64,000 nucleotides of DNA, taken from the NCBI GenBank assembly GCA_965201155.1, contig OZ241752.1, forward strand, positions 1,452,761-1,516,760. Direction: 5' to 3'. The notes under the pieces were generated by a model that had not been told where the DNA came from, did not search any database, and was given only the letters and a program-made list of their open reading frames with translations. Of the stretch, positions 38,193-48,716 are shown piece by piece. The position numbers and the translations under genes were made by a program. How positions within the stretch are numbered: position 1 is the stretch's first letter; the number at the start of each line of letters is the position of its first letter. The DNA comes from Alphaproteobacteria bacterium. GTDB taxonomy: Bacteria > Pseudomonadota > Alphaproteobacteria > UBA7887.

Positions 38193-38933
38193 ATGGGAGA
38201 GGTACAGGTGAGACTTGCCGGGAAGGCAGCGTTGATTACCGCCGCCGGACAGGGGATCGGGCGGGCGACGGCAGAGGCGTTTCTCGCCGAAGGAGCGCGG
38301 CTCTTTGCAACAGACGTCGACGCCGACAAACTGGTGGGACTGGATGGAGCGGAATGCTTTGCCCTTGACGTAACCGATCCGGATTCCATTGCGGCGGCCC
38401 ATGCGCGCGTCGGTGCGGTCGACGTCCTGTTCAATTGCGCGGGTTATGTGCCGGTCGGTACGGTTCTGGAGTGTGAGCCAGATGACTGGGAGCGGTCGTT
38501 CGCGATCAACGTTCGATCAATGTTCGAGATGATCCGTACCTGGCTCCCGGCCATGGTGGAGATTGGAGGTGGCCGTATCATCAACATGGCCTCGGTGGCC
38601 AGTTCACTGAAGGGCATCCGCAGCCGCGCCGCCTATAGCGCAACCAAGGCAGCGGTGATCGGCCTCACCAAGTCAGTGGCGATCGACTATATCGAGCAGG
38701 GCATTACCTGCAATGCCGTGTGCCCGGGCACTGTGGATACGCCGTCCTTGGGGGAGCGCATCGCAGCGTTTCAGGATCCCGTCGCCGCGCGACGTGATTT
38801 CGTCGCGCGGCAGCCGATGGGGCGGTTGGCGGTAGCGCGTGAAATCGCGGATCTAGTGGTTTATCTTGCCTCGGACGAGGCGGCGTTCGTAACCGGTCAG
38901 GCGATCGCCATTGATGGCGGCGTAACCCTGTAA
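38193..38933 (+). CDS. SDR oxidoreductase (BDH2 / 2-keto-3-deoxy-fuconate dehydrogenase-like)
   Basis: TAAGQGIG, NCAG, YSATK. Confidence 0.88.
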   Translation: MGEVQVRLAGKAALITAAGQGIGRATAEAFLAEGARLFATDVDADKLVGLDGAECFALDVTDPDSIAAAHARVGAVDVLFNCAGYVPVGTVLECEPDDWERSFAINVRSMFEMIRTWLPAMVEIGGGRIINMASVASSLKGIRSRAAYSATKAAVIGLTKSVAIDYIEQGITCNAVCPGTVDTPSLGERIAAFQDPVAARRDFVARQPMGRLAVAREIADLVVYLASDEAAFVTGQAIAIDGGVTL

Positions 38934-38972
38934 GGTGCGGGACATTATCGACTATCGAAGGGGGAATATTTC

Positions 38973-39824
38973 ATGAAACTTGCACGTTACGGCGATGCCG
39001 GAGCGGAAAAGCCGGCCTTGATTGACAGCACCGGCGGCCTGCGCGATCTGAGCGGCGAAATCGGAGACGTCACTCCTGACAGCCTGACGCCGGACGGCCT
39101 GAAGCAGTTGGCTGCAATTGACGCCGAGCGCCTGCCAGCGGTGCAGGGCGCGCCGCGCCTCGGTATCCCTTGGGCGCCGGTGGGTAAAATCATGTGCATC
39201 GGCCTCAACTATGTTGATCATGCCAAGGAAACCGGCGCGGCGATTCCCGAGGAGCCGATCCTGTTTCTGAAGGCCAACAGTTCACTGAATGGTCCGGATG
39301 ATACTGTGGTCATGCCCAAGGATTCGATAAAGTCGGACTGGGAAGTGGAACTCGGCGTGGTAATCGGCACGATAGGAAACAACATCGCCGAAGCCGACGC
39401 GCTGTCCCATGTCGCCGGATATTGCGTTGTGAATGATGTTTCAGAGCGCGAATGGCAGATGGAGCATGGACCTACATGGACCAAGGGCAAGAGCTGCGAC
39501 ACATTTTGCCCGATTGGCCCCTGGATGGTCACAGCCGATGAAGTGCCCGATCCGCAAAATCTGGACATGTGGCTGGATGTGAACGGCACGCGCCGCCAGA
39601 CCGGCAATACCGGGACCATGATATTTGGCGTTGCGGCGCTGATCGCCTACCTGTCGCGGATCATGACGTTGTATCCGGGCGACGTGATATCTACAGGCAC
39701 GCCGCCTGGTGTGGGTGCGGGCTTCAAGCCGCAGATCTTTCTCAAGGCCGGTGATATCATGAGTCTGGGAATTGCAGGGCTGGGCCAACAGCGCCAGGCC
39801 GTGGAAGCGTGGCGGCCGCTATAA
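38973..39824 (+). CDS. Fumarylacetoacetate hydrolase family protein
   Basis: CIGLNYVDH, DWEVELGVVIG, NDVSER, TGTPPGVG. Confidence 0.93.
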   Translation: MKLARYGDAGAEKPALIDSTGGLRDLSGEIGDVTPDSLTPDGLKQLAAIDAERLPAVQGAPRLGIPWAPVGKIMCIGLNYVDHAKETGAAIPEEPILFLKANSSLNGPDDTVVMPKDSIKSDWEVELGVVIGTIGNNIAEADALSHVAGYCVVNDVSEREWQMEHGPTWTKGKSCDTFCPIGPWMVTADEVPDPQNLDMWLDVNGTRRQTGNTGTMIFGVAALIAYLSRIMTLYPGDVISTGTPPGVGAGFKPQIFLKAGDIMSLGIAGLGQQRQAVEAWRPL

Positions 39825-39840
39825 GGCGGCTCGTATAGCG

Positions 39841-40815
39841 ATGAAGGATTCAATTCTCATCCATAGCTGGGCACCGGATGAGGTGCTGGCCGACCTGCGC
39901 CAGCGTTATGAGGTGGATTACGCTAACTTCTTTGAGTGCGGAACCCTGCCGCAGGATGAGTTGGCCGCTCGCGCTGTCGGAAAAGTCGGTATCATGACCT
40001 TGCAGGTACAAATCCCGGCGGCGCTGATCGCAGCAAATGCGGGAACGCTCAAGGCTATTGCGAGTGTCTCGGTCGGGGTCGATGACATCGATGTGGACGC
40101 GGCGACAAAGGCGGGCGTTCAGGTGACCAACACGGCTGGTGTACTTGACGATGCGGTGGCCGATTTCGCCATGGGGATGTTGCTGGCGATTGGCCGACGC
40201 ATCGTTGAATCCGACCGATACACGCGCGCGGGGACGTTTGCCGGGCCGTCCTTTCCCTTATTCTGGGGGGCGCGGATTCGAGGCGAAACCTTGGGCATCA
40301 TCGGTCTGGGCCGCATTGGTCGCCAAGTAGCTCGGCGGGCGCGCGGCTTCGGTCTCGATATCGTCTATCACAATCGCAATCGGGTCGATGCGGCGACGGA
40401 GCGTGCGCTTGGCGTGCGGTATCTGCCGCTGGAAGAATTGCTGTCCAGCGCGCGCTATGTGTTGCTGCAAATCCCGCTGACACAGGAAACGACGCATCTG
40501 ATCAATGGCGATCGCCTGCAACTGATGCGAAAGGATGCGTATCTGCTGAATATCTCGCGTGGCCCGGTGGTGCATGAAGCGGCGTTGCTGGAAGCTCTGC
40601 GTGCTCGCTCGATCGCTGGCGCGGCGCTGGACGTCTATGAATTTGAACCTAAGGTGACGGAGGGTCTCGAAGCGTTGGACAATGTGGTGCTGACTTCGCA
40701 TATCGCCAGCGGCGATGTGGAAACGCGTCACGACATGGTGCGGCTGGCGGCGAAAAATCTGAAAGCTGTACTGGACGGACAACCGCCGCCCAATCCGATC
40801 AATCAGGTACGGTAG
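39841..40815 (+). CDS. D-2-hydroxyacid dehydrogenase (glyoxylate reductase-like)
   Basis: [30 protein letters not shown]. Confidence 0.9.
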   Translation: MKDSILIHSWAPDEVLADLRQRYEVDYANFFECGTLPQDELAARAVGKVGIMTLQVQIPAALIAANAGTLKAIASVSVGVDDIDVDAATKAGVQVTNTAGVLDDAVADFAMGMLLAIGRRIVESDRYTRAGTFAGPSFPLFWGARIRGETLGIIGLGRIGRQVARRARGFGLDIVYHNRNRVDAATERALGVRYLPLEELLSSARYVLLQIPLTQETTHLINGDRLQLMRKDAYLLNISRGPVVHEAALLEALRARSIAGAALDVYEFEPKVTEGLEALDNVVLTSHIASGDVETRHDMVRLAAKNLKAVLDGQPPPNPINQVR

Positions 40816-40816
40816 G

Positions 40817-41554
40817 ATGGCCTGGGAAGTCGATCTTTCCGGCAAGGTGGCGCTGGTGACCGGCGGCGCGAGCGGTATCGGCCATGCCGCGGCACTTGCC
40901 CTGATGCAGGCAGGGGCGGAAGTGATCGTGACGGCGCGCACGGCCAAATCGGTGGCGGCTTGTTCCACCACGACGCCGTTTGGCGAACTGACGGTTTGCA
41001 AGCTGGACGTTACCAACGATCTGTCGATCGAGGAGGTGATGGACCGGATCGACCGTCTGGACATATTGGTCAACAATGCCGGCGCGCTCTTGCGCCAGGG
41101 GGCAGAGTTTCGCCCCGGTCAGTTCGCGAACATCATCAATACCAATCTGATCGGCTCCATGCGCATGAGTCATGTGTGCCTGGGCAAGCTTGCGATCACC
41201 AAGGGGTGCATGGTCAATATCGGCTCTATGTTCAGCTTGTTTGGGTCGCCGGCCACACCGGGCTATGCGGCGAGCAAGGCAGGTTTGGTGAATCTCACCA
41301 AATCGCTCGCGGTGTCATGGGCGCATCATCAGGTGCGCATCAACGCGGTCATTCCCGGCTGGATCGAAACGAAGCTGTCGGCCGGAGTGCGGGATGAGCC
41401 GGAACGCTATGCGGCGATCTTGCGACGTACACCAATGAAACGATTTGGCGCACCGGATGAAGTCGCAGGCGCCGTATTGTTCCTGTGTTCACCCGCGGCG
41501 TCGTTCATTACCGGCAGCGCCATCATCGTCGATGGGGGCTACGCGGCGGCGTGA
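40817..41554 (+). CDS. SDR oxidoreductase
   Basis: [23 protein letters not shown]. Confidence 0.9.
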   Translation: MAWEVDLSGKVALVTGGASGIGHAAALALMQAGAEVIVTARTAKSVAACSTTTPFGELTVCKLDVTNDLSIEEVMDRIDRLDILVNNAGALLRQGAEFRPGQFANIINTNLIGSMRMSHVCLGKLAITKGCMVNIGSMFSLFGSPATPGYAASKAGLVNLTKSLAVSWAHHQVRINAVIPGWIETKLSAGVRDEPERYAAILRRTPMKRFGAPDEVAGAVLFLCSPAASFITGSAIIVDGGYAAA

Positions 41555-41578
41555 AGCGAATGCGCCTCGGGCGCGGAG

Positions 41579-41956
41579 TCAGGTTCGGCGAGCCATGCCG
41601 CCCAGCTTACGACCGCCTATCAGATGTACGTGGAAATGCGGCACTTCCTGGCCGCCGTCAGGCCCATTATTGCTGACGATGCGGTAGCCGCTTTCGGCTA
41701 CGCCGAATTCTAGCGCGAGGCGCCCGGCAGCGCGCAGCAACGCGGCCAATTCGTCAGCACCGGCGCGGGCGGCAAAGTCGTCCATGGATACGTATTTCCT
41801 TTTGGGAATGATGAGAATGTGAACCGGCGCCAATTCAGCTATATCGTGAAACGCTAGCACGTGCTCGTCTTCGTACACCTTGTTCACCGGAACCTCGCCG
41901 CGCAGGATGCGGGCGAATATGTTGGCGTCGTCATAGGCGGGGGCGTTACCCGTCAT
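41579..41956 (-). CDS. Histidine triad nucleotide-binding protein
   Basis: YDDANIFARIL, QEVPHFHVHLIGG. Confidence 0.94.
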   Translation of the reverse strand: MTGNAPAYDDANIFARILRGEVPVNKVYEDEHVLAFHDIAELAPVHILIIPKRKYVSMDDFAARAGADELAALLRAAGRLALEFGVAESGYRIVSNNGPDGGQEVPHFHVHLIGGRKLGGMARRT

Positions 41957-41979
41957 GGATCGGTCCTCGCGAGCGTAGT

Positions 41980-42321
41980 TCAGGAGCGCGCCTTGCCGCG
42001 GCGGGCGCGTTTTTCGGCAATGCCAGATTTACCTTCTCGGCGGGAGAGGGCGGCATAGACCTGATCCGGTGTAATGCCGGCATCAGCCCAGAGTATCATA
42101 AGGTGAAACAACAGGTCGGCGCTTTCCTCCACCACGGCTTGCCGGTCACGGGTGACGGCAGCGATGACGGTTTCCACCGCCTCCTCGCCGACCTTCTGAG
42201 CGATCTTGTCCGTTCCCTGACTTAGCCTGCGGGCGACGTAGGATTCCTCCGGGTCTGCACTGCGCCGTGTTTCTATGGTGGCAAACAGGCGCGCGAGAAC
42301 CGCAGCGTCAGCCGCCGCCAT
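41980..42321 (-). CDS. hisE: Phosphoribosyl-ATP pyrophosphatase
   Basis: KVGEEAVE, ESADLLFHL. Confidence 0.95.
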   Translation of the reverse strand: MAAADAAVLARLFATIETRRSADPEESYVARRLSQGTDKIAQKVGEEAVETVIAAVTRDRQAVVEESADLLFHLMILWADAGITPDQVYAALSRREGKSGIAEKRARRGKARS

Positions 42322-42733
42322 AGAGTTTCTCCGGGGCGATGAGGGGTGGAGTGATTTCAACGGCACCGCAAGAATCCAGAGAAATGTAGAAGCAGGAGCG
42401 ACGCCCCGTGTGGCAGGCGACGCCGGTCTGGTCGACCAGCGCGAGCAGGGTGTCGCCATCGCAATCGAGCCGAAGCGCTATGAGATGTTGTATCTGGCCT
42501 GAACTTCCCCCCTTGCGCCAGAGCGCATTGCGGCTGCGCGACCAATAGCAGACTCGGCCGGTCTGCAGCGTTTCCGCGACGGCGCGACGGTTCATCCACG
42601 CCATCATCAGCACTTCACCGGTATCGTGCTGTTGCGCAATGACCGGTACCAGCCCGTCCGCATTGAAGGTGATGCGGTCCAGCACGTCCGCACTCACGCC
42701 GGCGGTGGAGTCTGTGGTGGGTTGCGTGTGCAT
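42308..42733 (-). CDS. hisI: Phosphoribosyl-AMP cyclohydrolase
   Basis: YWSRSR, DCDGDTLL, ACHTGRRSCF. Confidence 0.95.
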   Translation of the reverse strand: MHTQPTTDSTAGVSADVLDRITFNADGLVPVIAQQHDTGEVLMMAWMNRRAVAETLQTGRVCYWSRSRNALWRKGGSSGQIQHLIALRLDCDGDTLLALVDQTGVACHTGRRSCFYISLDSCGAVEITPPLIAPEKLYGGG

Positions 42734-42769
42734 TGGCGCATAGTAGGCGGCGAGTTCGATAGGATCAAT

Positions 42770-43678
42770 TCAGGGGTGGGCGGCGCGGCGGAGGCGGTCA
42801 TTTATGGCAATGCCGAGGCTGTAATCGGGTATGGGCATGACGGCGATGGCCGCGGGGGTGAGTGCGTCCAGTTCGTGCAGCATAGCGAACAGGTTCGCGG
42901 CAGCTTCCAGGAGGTCCGCAGCAGGACTGAGATTGCGTATGACGGGCGCCGGCGGGGCATCGGGGCCAAACGCCAACAACGCTTCGTTGGGCGATACGCG
43001 GGTCGCATTCAGACGCAAGGGGGTTGCCGGCGCGTAGTGGCGTATGAGACGCCCGGGCGATTTGGGAGCGTCGGCGTCGTCATCGGGATCGGCCAATGGA
43101 CCCAGCGAAACGGGATCGACCACGCCTGGACGCAGCAGAGTGGGAACGCTCGTGAGATCGACAACAGTGGATTCGAGGCCGAGGGCGCAAGGTCCGCCGT
43201 CGATAATGACATCAACTGCATCGCCGAGGTCATGGCGTACATGAACAGCCGCGGTGGGGCTGAGGCGTCCAGATCGGTTGGCGCTTGGCGCCGCAACGGG
43301 CCGCTCGGTACGCTCCAGTAATTCGCGTGCAAGGGGGTGTGCCGGGCAGCGCAACGCGACGGTATTCAACCCCGCCAACGCGAGTGGTGAGAGGGGGCTG
43401 CGAGATTGTTTTTCGAGAACAAGGGTGAGACCGCCGGGCCAGAAGCGCTCCATATACGCTCGGGCACGGGCATCTACCACGGCATATGCGAGCGCTTGGT
43501 CGGGATCCGCAATATGGATGATTAGCGGATTGAAATGCGGTCGTCCCTTTACGGCGAAAATTCGTGCGACAGCGCGGTCGTTGGTCGCGTCGGCGCCAAG
43601 GCCGTAGACGGTTTCGGTGGGAAAGGCGACGAGGCCGCCCGATTTCAGAAGCGTGGCGGCGCGAGCAACGGTGTCCAA
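42770..43678 (-). CDS. tsaC: Threonylcarbamoyl-AMP synthase (Sua5)
   Basis: FPTETVYGLGA, KGRPHFNPLI, APSANRSG, NDRLRRAA. Confidence 0.95.
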   Translation of the reverse strand: MDTVARAATLLKSGGLVAFPTETVYGLGADATNDRAVARIFAVKGRPHFNPLIIHIADPDQALAYAVVDARARAYMERFWPGGLTLVLEKQSRSPLSPLALAGLNTVALRCPAHPLARELLERTERPVAAPSANRSGRLSPTAAVHVRHDLGDAVDVIIDGGPCALGLESTVVDLTSVPTLLRPGVVDPVSLGPLADPDDDADAPKSPGRLIRHYAPATPLRLNATRVSPNEALLAFGPDAPPAPVIRNLSPAADLLEAAANLFAMLHELDALTPAAIAVMPIPDYSLGIAINDRLRRAAHP

Positions 43679-43721
43679 AGCTCAAAACCGGGAAACGCCG
43701 CGGTGCGGGAGTTGGATCATT

Positions 43722-45044
43722 TCAGGTGACGGTTCCGTGCAGGAGGGGCGGCAGGTGAGGCGGCGGGTCATCAGCCATGGCGAAGGTGGCGCTTATCCGC
43801 TTCGCGGCCGCATCTGCCGCAGCGGCGGTGCGGGCATGAATTCGACATAGGGGCGCATCGGGGCCCGCAGCCTCGCCAATTGCTGCTACATGCGAAAGTC
43901 CGGTTGCGTGATCGATCCCGTCATTGGCGCTGCGGCGGCCGCCGCCAAGGGCGAGTACTGCCAAGCCGAGCGCGCGGGTGTCGATGCCTTGTACATAACC
44001 GGCGCGGTGCGGCAGTACCGCCCGTTCCACGGGTGCGCGCGGCAAGCTGCAGTTGGGGCGCTCGAGAATATCGGTCGGGCCGCCCAGTTCCGCGACCATT
44101 CGTGCGAAACAGGCAGCCGCGGCACCTGTGTCGAGTACCTGGCTAACTTGTGTTCGTGCGTCGGTTTCACAGGCAGCAAGCCCGGAGAGGCCCAACAATG
44201 CTGCCGACAGTGCTTCGACAACGCCGGCGAGGCGCGGATCACGGGCATCGCCGCGCAGGAAGGCCAGTGTCTCGTGCACTTCCAGTGCATTGCCGGCGGT
44301 GCGGCCCAGAACCTGGTTCATGTCGGTGATGACGGCGGTGCAGGGCACGCCGGCTCCCTTGCACACCGACACGATGCTCTCGGCGAGCGACCGTGCGGTG
44401 TCGTTGGTAACGGCGAATGCGCCATTGCCGGTTTTGATATCCACGACCAGGGCGTCAAGACCGGCTGCGAGTTTCTTGGACAGGATCGATGCGGTGATCA
44501 GCGGTTCGGACTCGACAGTCGCGGTGACGTCGCGAATGGCGTAGAGGCGCCGGTCGGCGGGAGCCAGATCGTCGGTCTGGCCAATGATGGCACAGCCGGC
44601 GCGATGCACGGTCTGACGAAACACATCGAGGGATGGCGATGTATTGTAGCCGGGGATGGATTCCAGCTTGTCGAGCGTGCCGCCCGTATGGCCGAGACCG
44701 CGGCCGGAAATCATGGGCACGCCACCGCCGCAGGCGGCGATGATTGGCGCCAGAACCAGACTCACCTTGTCCCCAACGCCGCCGGTGGAGTGCTTGTCCA
44801 CCATCGGACCGTCGTGCCAATCAAGAACGGTGCCGGAATCGCGCATGGCGAGGGTCAGTGCAACGCATTCCTCGCGCGACATGCCGCGCCAGAGGACGGC
44901 CATGGCGAAAGCGGCAGCCTGCCCTTCGGACACTGCGCCGGATACAAGGCCTTGCACTATGGCGGCGATGTCCACCGCCGGCAGAGCCTCGCCGTCGCGT
45001 TTGCGGCGAATGACTTCCTGGGGGAGGAAAAGCGGCGGGGTCAT
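43722..45044 (-). CDS. deoA: Thymidine phosphorylase
   Basis: DKHSTGGVGDK, SGRGLGHTGGTLDKLE, SILSKK. Confidence 0.95.
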   Translation of the reverse strand: MTPPLFLPQEVIRRKRDGEALPAVDIAAIVQGLVSGAVSEGQAAAFAMAVLWRGMSREECVALTLAMRDSGTVLDWHDGPMVDKHSTGGVGDKVSLVLAPIIAACGGGVPMISGRGLGHTGGTLDKLESIPGYNTSPSLDVFRQTVHRAGCAIIGQTDDLAPADRRLYAIRDVTATVESEPLITASILSKKLAAGLDALVVDIKTGNGAFAVTNDTARSLAESIVSVCKGAGVPCTAVITDMNQVLGRTAGNALEVHETLAFLRGDARDPRLAGVVEALSAALLGLSGLAACETDARTQVSQVLDTGAAAACFARMVAELGGPTDILERPNCSLPRAPVERAVLPHRAGYVQGIDTRALGLAVLALGGGRRSANDGIDHATGLSHVAAIGEAAGPDAPLCRIHARTAAAADAAAKRISATFAMADDPPPHLPPLLHGTVT

Positions 45045-45487
45045 CAGAACGGCTTCACCACTGCCAGAAGGACGATGACGATCATGAGCAGCGTGGGTGC
45101 CTCATTGGCGAAGCGGAAAAATCGCTGTGAGCGGCGGTTTTGGTCGGCAGCAAAATCGCGGTGCCAGCCTGCCATGAGGCCATGCAGGCCGCTCAAAGCA
45201 AGCACCAGAAGCAGTTTTACCATGAACCAGCCGGATGCAGCATCGGCGGGGCCGGCGACCAATATCAGGCCGAAAACCCACGCAGCAACCATCGCCGGCG
45301 TCATGATGACACGCAGCAGGCGCCGCTCCATGGTCTTGAAGGTTTCGCTCTGTTCGGAACCGATGGGAACGGCACAGTGATAGACGAACAGCCGCGGCAG
45401 ATAGAGCAGCCCGGCCATCCAGGCGATCACCGAGATGATGTGCGCGGCCTTCAGCCAAGGATAAAGACTGCCGAGCAGGTCGGTCAC
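45044..45487 (-). CDS. hemJ: Protoporphyrinogen oxidase
   Basis: WMAGLLYLPRLFVYH, NEAPT, VVKPF. Confidence 0.95.
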   Translation of the reverse strand: MTDLLGSLYPWLKAAHIISVIAWMAGLLYLPRLFVYHCAVPIGSEQSETFKTMERRLLRVIMTPAMVAAWVFGLILVAGPADAASGWFMVKLLLVLALSGLHGLMAGWHRDFAADQNRRSQRFFRFANEAPTLLMIVIVLLAVVKPF

Positions 45488-45503
45488 CGCTGAAGTCCCC
45501 GCG

Positions 45504-46544
45504 TCATGTATGGCACGGGCAGGTGGTGAAGGAGGCCGGACACCGCCGCTGCCCAGTCGTGTTGCTTACCGGAATTGACGTGTTCACCGCAGACGGCGCG
45601 TCGAGCGCCCTGCGCACCTGGCGGGTGAGTGCGGTGATGAAACGGGGGCAGGTTCCCAAGGCAGGGACGCGGATATAGTGCGGCACGCCGCAGCGTGTGG
45701 CAAGACGGCGATACTCGATATCGAGTTCGACCAGCGTTTCTGAATGCTCGGATACGAACGCGATCGGAGCTACGACCAGGGCGCGTCGTTCGGCGCCGGC
45801 GCGGGCGATTTCGTCCTCGGTCGCGGGGCCGATCCATTCCAGCGGGCCGACGCGGCTCTGATAGCAGGCCCGCCATTCCGGTGTTTCCGGTGACAGGGCG
45901 GCAGCAATGCGGTCAGCCGTGCGTTCAACCTGCCATTGATAGGGGTCGCCGCGGGCGACGACGCGCTTTGGCACTCCATGTGCCGAAAGCAGCAGACGTG
46001 GGTTTGCAGGGCCAGCGGTCAGGGCGCGGCGGATCGCATCTGCATGGGCAGCGATGAAGTCAGCGTCATCATAGTAACAGCCGACGGCAGTGGTCGGGGC
46101 GGTGAGGCCCGCGGCTCCAGCGGCGCGGCGCCAGGCGGCAAGGGAGGAGCCGGTGGTGGTGGTGGAGAATTGTGGATAGAGCGGCAGCAGGACCACCCGG
46201 TCGGGGCGCCAGGCGGCAACGTCCCTCGCCGTGTCCTCAACCAGCGGGTGCCAATAGCGCATGGCGACGAAGATGCGAACGGGGCCTTCGGGGGCGAGTT
46301 GCTGCGTGAGCGCGGCGGCCTGGGCCTGGGTTTCCTTCAAAAGGGGGGAGGCGCCGTTCAACTGCCGGTATATCTCCTGTGCTGCCGGCGTGCGGCGCGC
46401 CGCCAGCCAGTGCGCGAGTATCCGGCGGACGGGGCCGGGCGCGGCAATGATTGCCGGATCGTTGAACAGATTGCGCAGGAACGGTCGCACGGAGTCCGGC
46501 GAGTCGGGACCACCGAGATTGAACAGGACGACAGCGAGCCGCAT
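45504..46544 (-). CDS. hemH: Ferrochelatase
   Basis: NLGGP, PLYPQFS, SAHG, FVSEHSETLVELD. Confidence 0.96.
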   Translation of the reverse strand: MRLAVVLFNLGGPDSPDSVRPFLRNLFNDPAIIAAPGPVRRILAHWLAARRTPAAQEIYRQLNGASPLLKETQAQAAALTQQLAPEGPVRIFVAMRYWHPLVEDTARDVAAWRPDRVVLLPLYPQFSTTTTGSSLAAWRRAAGAAGLTAPTTAVGCYYDDADFIAAHADAIRRALTAGPANPRLLLSAHGVPKRVVARGDPYQWQVERTADRIAAALSPETPEWRACYQSRVGPLEWIGPATEDEIARAGAERRALVVAPIAFVSEHSETLVELDIEYRRLATRCGVPHYIRVPALGTCPRFITALTRQVRRALDAPSAVNTSIPVSNTTGQRRCPASFTTCPCHT

Positions 46545-46545
46545 T

Positions 46546-47613
46546 TCAGGCGGGTGTGACAGCGGTTTCGGAACGGAGGAGTTCGGCGAGAAAGGCTATG
46601 TGAGCCGGGGGGGTTTCGGGCAGCACGCCATGGCCGAGATTGAATACCCATGGGCGGGCGCCGACTACCTGGCGCAGCGCCGCAACAGCGGCAGCCATGG
46701 CCTGCCCGCCGACCAGCAGCAGGGCGGGATCGAGATTGCCCTGCACCGTCATGCCGGCGGGCAGGACGCTTTGTGCGTGCGCCATGGGCGCTGATGTGTC
46801 AAGACTCACCGCATCGACGCATGAGGCGGCGGCATAATCCGCCAGCGCATGTCCGGCACCGCGCGGAAAACCGATGATGGGCGCCTGCGGGCAAGCAGCA
46901 TGAACTGCGGCGGCTATGCGCGCCGCCGGCTCCGTGCACCATCGGGAAAACTGGTCGGGAGCCAGGACGCCGGCCCAACTGTCAAACAACTGCACGGCTT
47001 CTGCACCGGCACGAATTTGCGCGATCAGATGTGCGGCGACGGATTGTTCGAGTATGGTGACAAGCTGGGCGAAGCTTTCGGGTTCGGCGTAAGCCCAGCG
47101 GCGGGCGCGCATGAAGTCGCGGCTGCCGCGGCCCTCCACCATGTAGGCCGCGAGGGTCCAGGGGGCGCCGGCAAAGCCGATCAGCGTTGTTTGCGGTGCG
47201 TCGTCGGCAAGTGCCGTGCGCACGCGCGTCAGCGTCTCGTATACGGGTGCCAGGCGGTGGGTGAGCCCTTCGAGGCGGAGGTGAGAAATGTCGGCGGCGG
47301 AACTGACGGATTCGAGGCGGGGGCCTTCGCCCTCGATGAATTTCACGGAGACGCCAAGTGCTTCCGGCACCACGAGGATATCGGAAAAAACTATGGCGCC
47401 GTCCATGGCGAAGCGCCGGATGGGTTGCAAGGTTGCTTCGGCGGCCAGTGCGGGAGTGCGGCAGAACGCCATGAAGCCGTTCGCGCGGGCGCGCAAGGCG
47501 CGGTATTCGGGCAGGTAGCGACCGGCCTGGCGCATGAGCCAGAAGGGCGGTCTGGCAGCGATTTTCCCGCGAAGGGTATTGAGCAGCGGTTTGTCGGGGG
47601 GCATGGCATTCAT
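46546..47613 (-). CDS. hemE: Uroporphyrinogen decarboxylase
   Basis: WLMRQAGRYLPEY, FSDIL, QGNLDP, NLGHG. Confidence 0.97.
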   Translation of the reverse strand: MNAMPPDKPLLNTLRGKIAARPPFWLMRQAGRYLPEYRALRARANGFMAFCRTPALAAEATLQPIRRFAMDGAIVFSDILVVPEALGVSVKFIEGEGPRLESVSSAADISHLRLEGLTHRLAPVYETLTRVRTALADDAPQTTLIGFAGAPWTLAAYMVEGRGSRDFMRARRWAYAEPESFAQLVTILEQSVAAHLIAQIRAGAEAVQLFDSWAGVLAPDQFSRWCTEPAARIAAAVHAACPQAPIIGFPRGAGHALADYAAASCVDAVSLDTSAPMAHAQSVLPAGMTVQGNLDPALLLVGGQAMAAAVAALRQVVGARPWVFNLGHGVLPETPPAHIAFLAELLRSETAVTPA

Positions 47614-47901
47614 GGCATATGGTTCACACATTCTGGCCGAACGCCTGATGCACAAGCAACGTCAATCTATGCAATATGAATCTTGCTGTTGTTGTTCCTG
47701 TGACTAACGGGAATATGTGTTGATCCCGGCGTACCCAACACCGGGAAACTGATGCCCTGTGCGGGGTTTCGGTACCCGCTGGGAGGGGTGTTCCGGCGCG
47801 CAAAATTCTGTGGCCAGGTTACGACCAACGCACAGGCGCAGGGTTGCGCAGCGCCCGGAACCTGATTCTTGCACAGTTATGCAGGGGGAATTCACAGACT
47901 T
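47614..47901. other. Candidate chromosomal replication origin (oriC)
   Basis: Lies between divergent hemE and DUF299-maf-aroE-coaE-dnaQ, the established alphaproteobacterial oriC context. Degenerate DnaA boxes at 47646, 47699 (minus strand), 47867, 47877, 47888; (GTT)n tract and AT-richer patch at 47660-47696. Confidence 0.75.
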
Positions 47902-48714
47902 ATGCCACTATGCCATGTGCATCTGATATCCGACTCCACGGGTGAGACGGTGACCGCGCTGGCGCGGGCGGCGCTGGCGCAGTTCGACCAGATCGAACCG
48001 GTGGAACATGCCTGGGCGCTGGTGCGCACGCCGACGCAGATCGAGCGGGCGCTGACGGCGATCCGGCGCGACGGGGGAGTGGTGCTGTACACGCTGGTGG
48101 AGCCGGAATTGCGCACGGTTCTGGAGGATGGCTGCCGCGAGGCCGGGGTTGTGTGCATTGATGCGCTGGGGCGTGTGATTGCGGAGTTCGGTCGTTCGTT
48201 CGGCGCCGAAAGCCGCCATTCACCGGGGCGGCAGCATTTGCTGGACACCGAGTATTACCGGCGCATCGAGGCCATGCAGTTTGTGCTGGCGCATGATGAT
48301 GGGCAGGCGCTGAACGACATTGCAAGTGCTGATGTCATTCTGGTCGGGGTGTCGCGGGTATCGAAATCGCCGACATGCATGTATCTGGCGCATCGCGGGC
48401 TGCGGGCTGCCAATGTCCCGTTTGTGTCGGGGGCGCCGTTTGCGGAGAAACCTATTGCCGGCGCCGGGCCTCTGGTGGTCGGGTTGACGGCCAGTCCCGA
48501 TCGGCTGGTGGCGTTGCGGCGGAACCGGTTGCGCAGCATTGGTGAGTATGAATGCAGCGCGTATGCGGATTTGGCGGCGGTGCGCAGCGAGGTCGCGGAG
48601 GCGCTGCAACTGTTTGCGCGATGCCGCTGGCCGGTGATCGATGTGACCCGGCGATCGATTGAGGAAACGGCTGCTGCCATTCTGGAACTGCACCGCGGCA
48701 GAAACGGGGGGTAG
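47902..48714 (+). CDS. Pyruvate, phosphate/water dikinase regulatory protein (DUF299)
   Basis: HLISDSTGET, AHDDG, GVSRVSKSP, DVTRRSIEETAA. Confidence 0.94.
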   Translation: MPLCHVHLISDSTGETVTALARAALAQFDQIEPVEHAWALVRTPTQIERALTAIRRDGGVVLYTLVEPELRTVLEDGCREAGVVCIDALGRVIAEFGRSFGAESRHSPGRQHLLDTEYYRRIEAMQFVLAHDDGQALNDIASADVILVGVSRVSKSPTCMYLAHRGLRAANVPFVSGAPFAEKPIAGAGPLVVGLTASPDRLVALRRNRLRSIGEYECSAYADLAAVRSEVAEALQLFARCRWPVIDVTRRSIEETAAAILELHRGRNGG

Positions 48715-48716
48715 GT

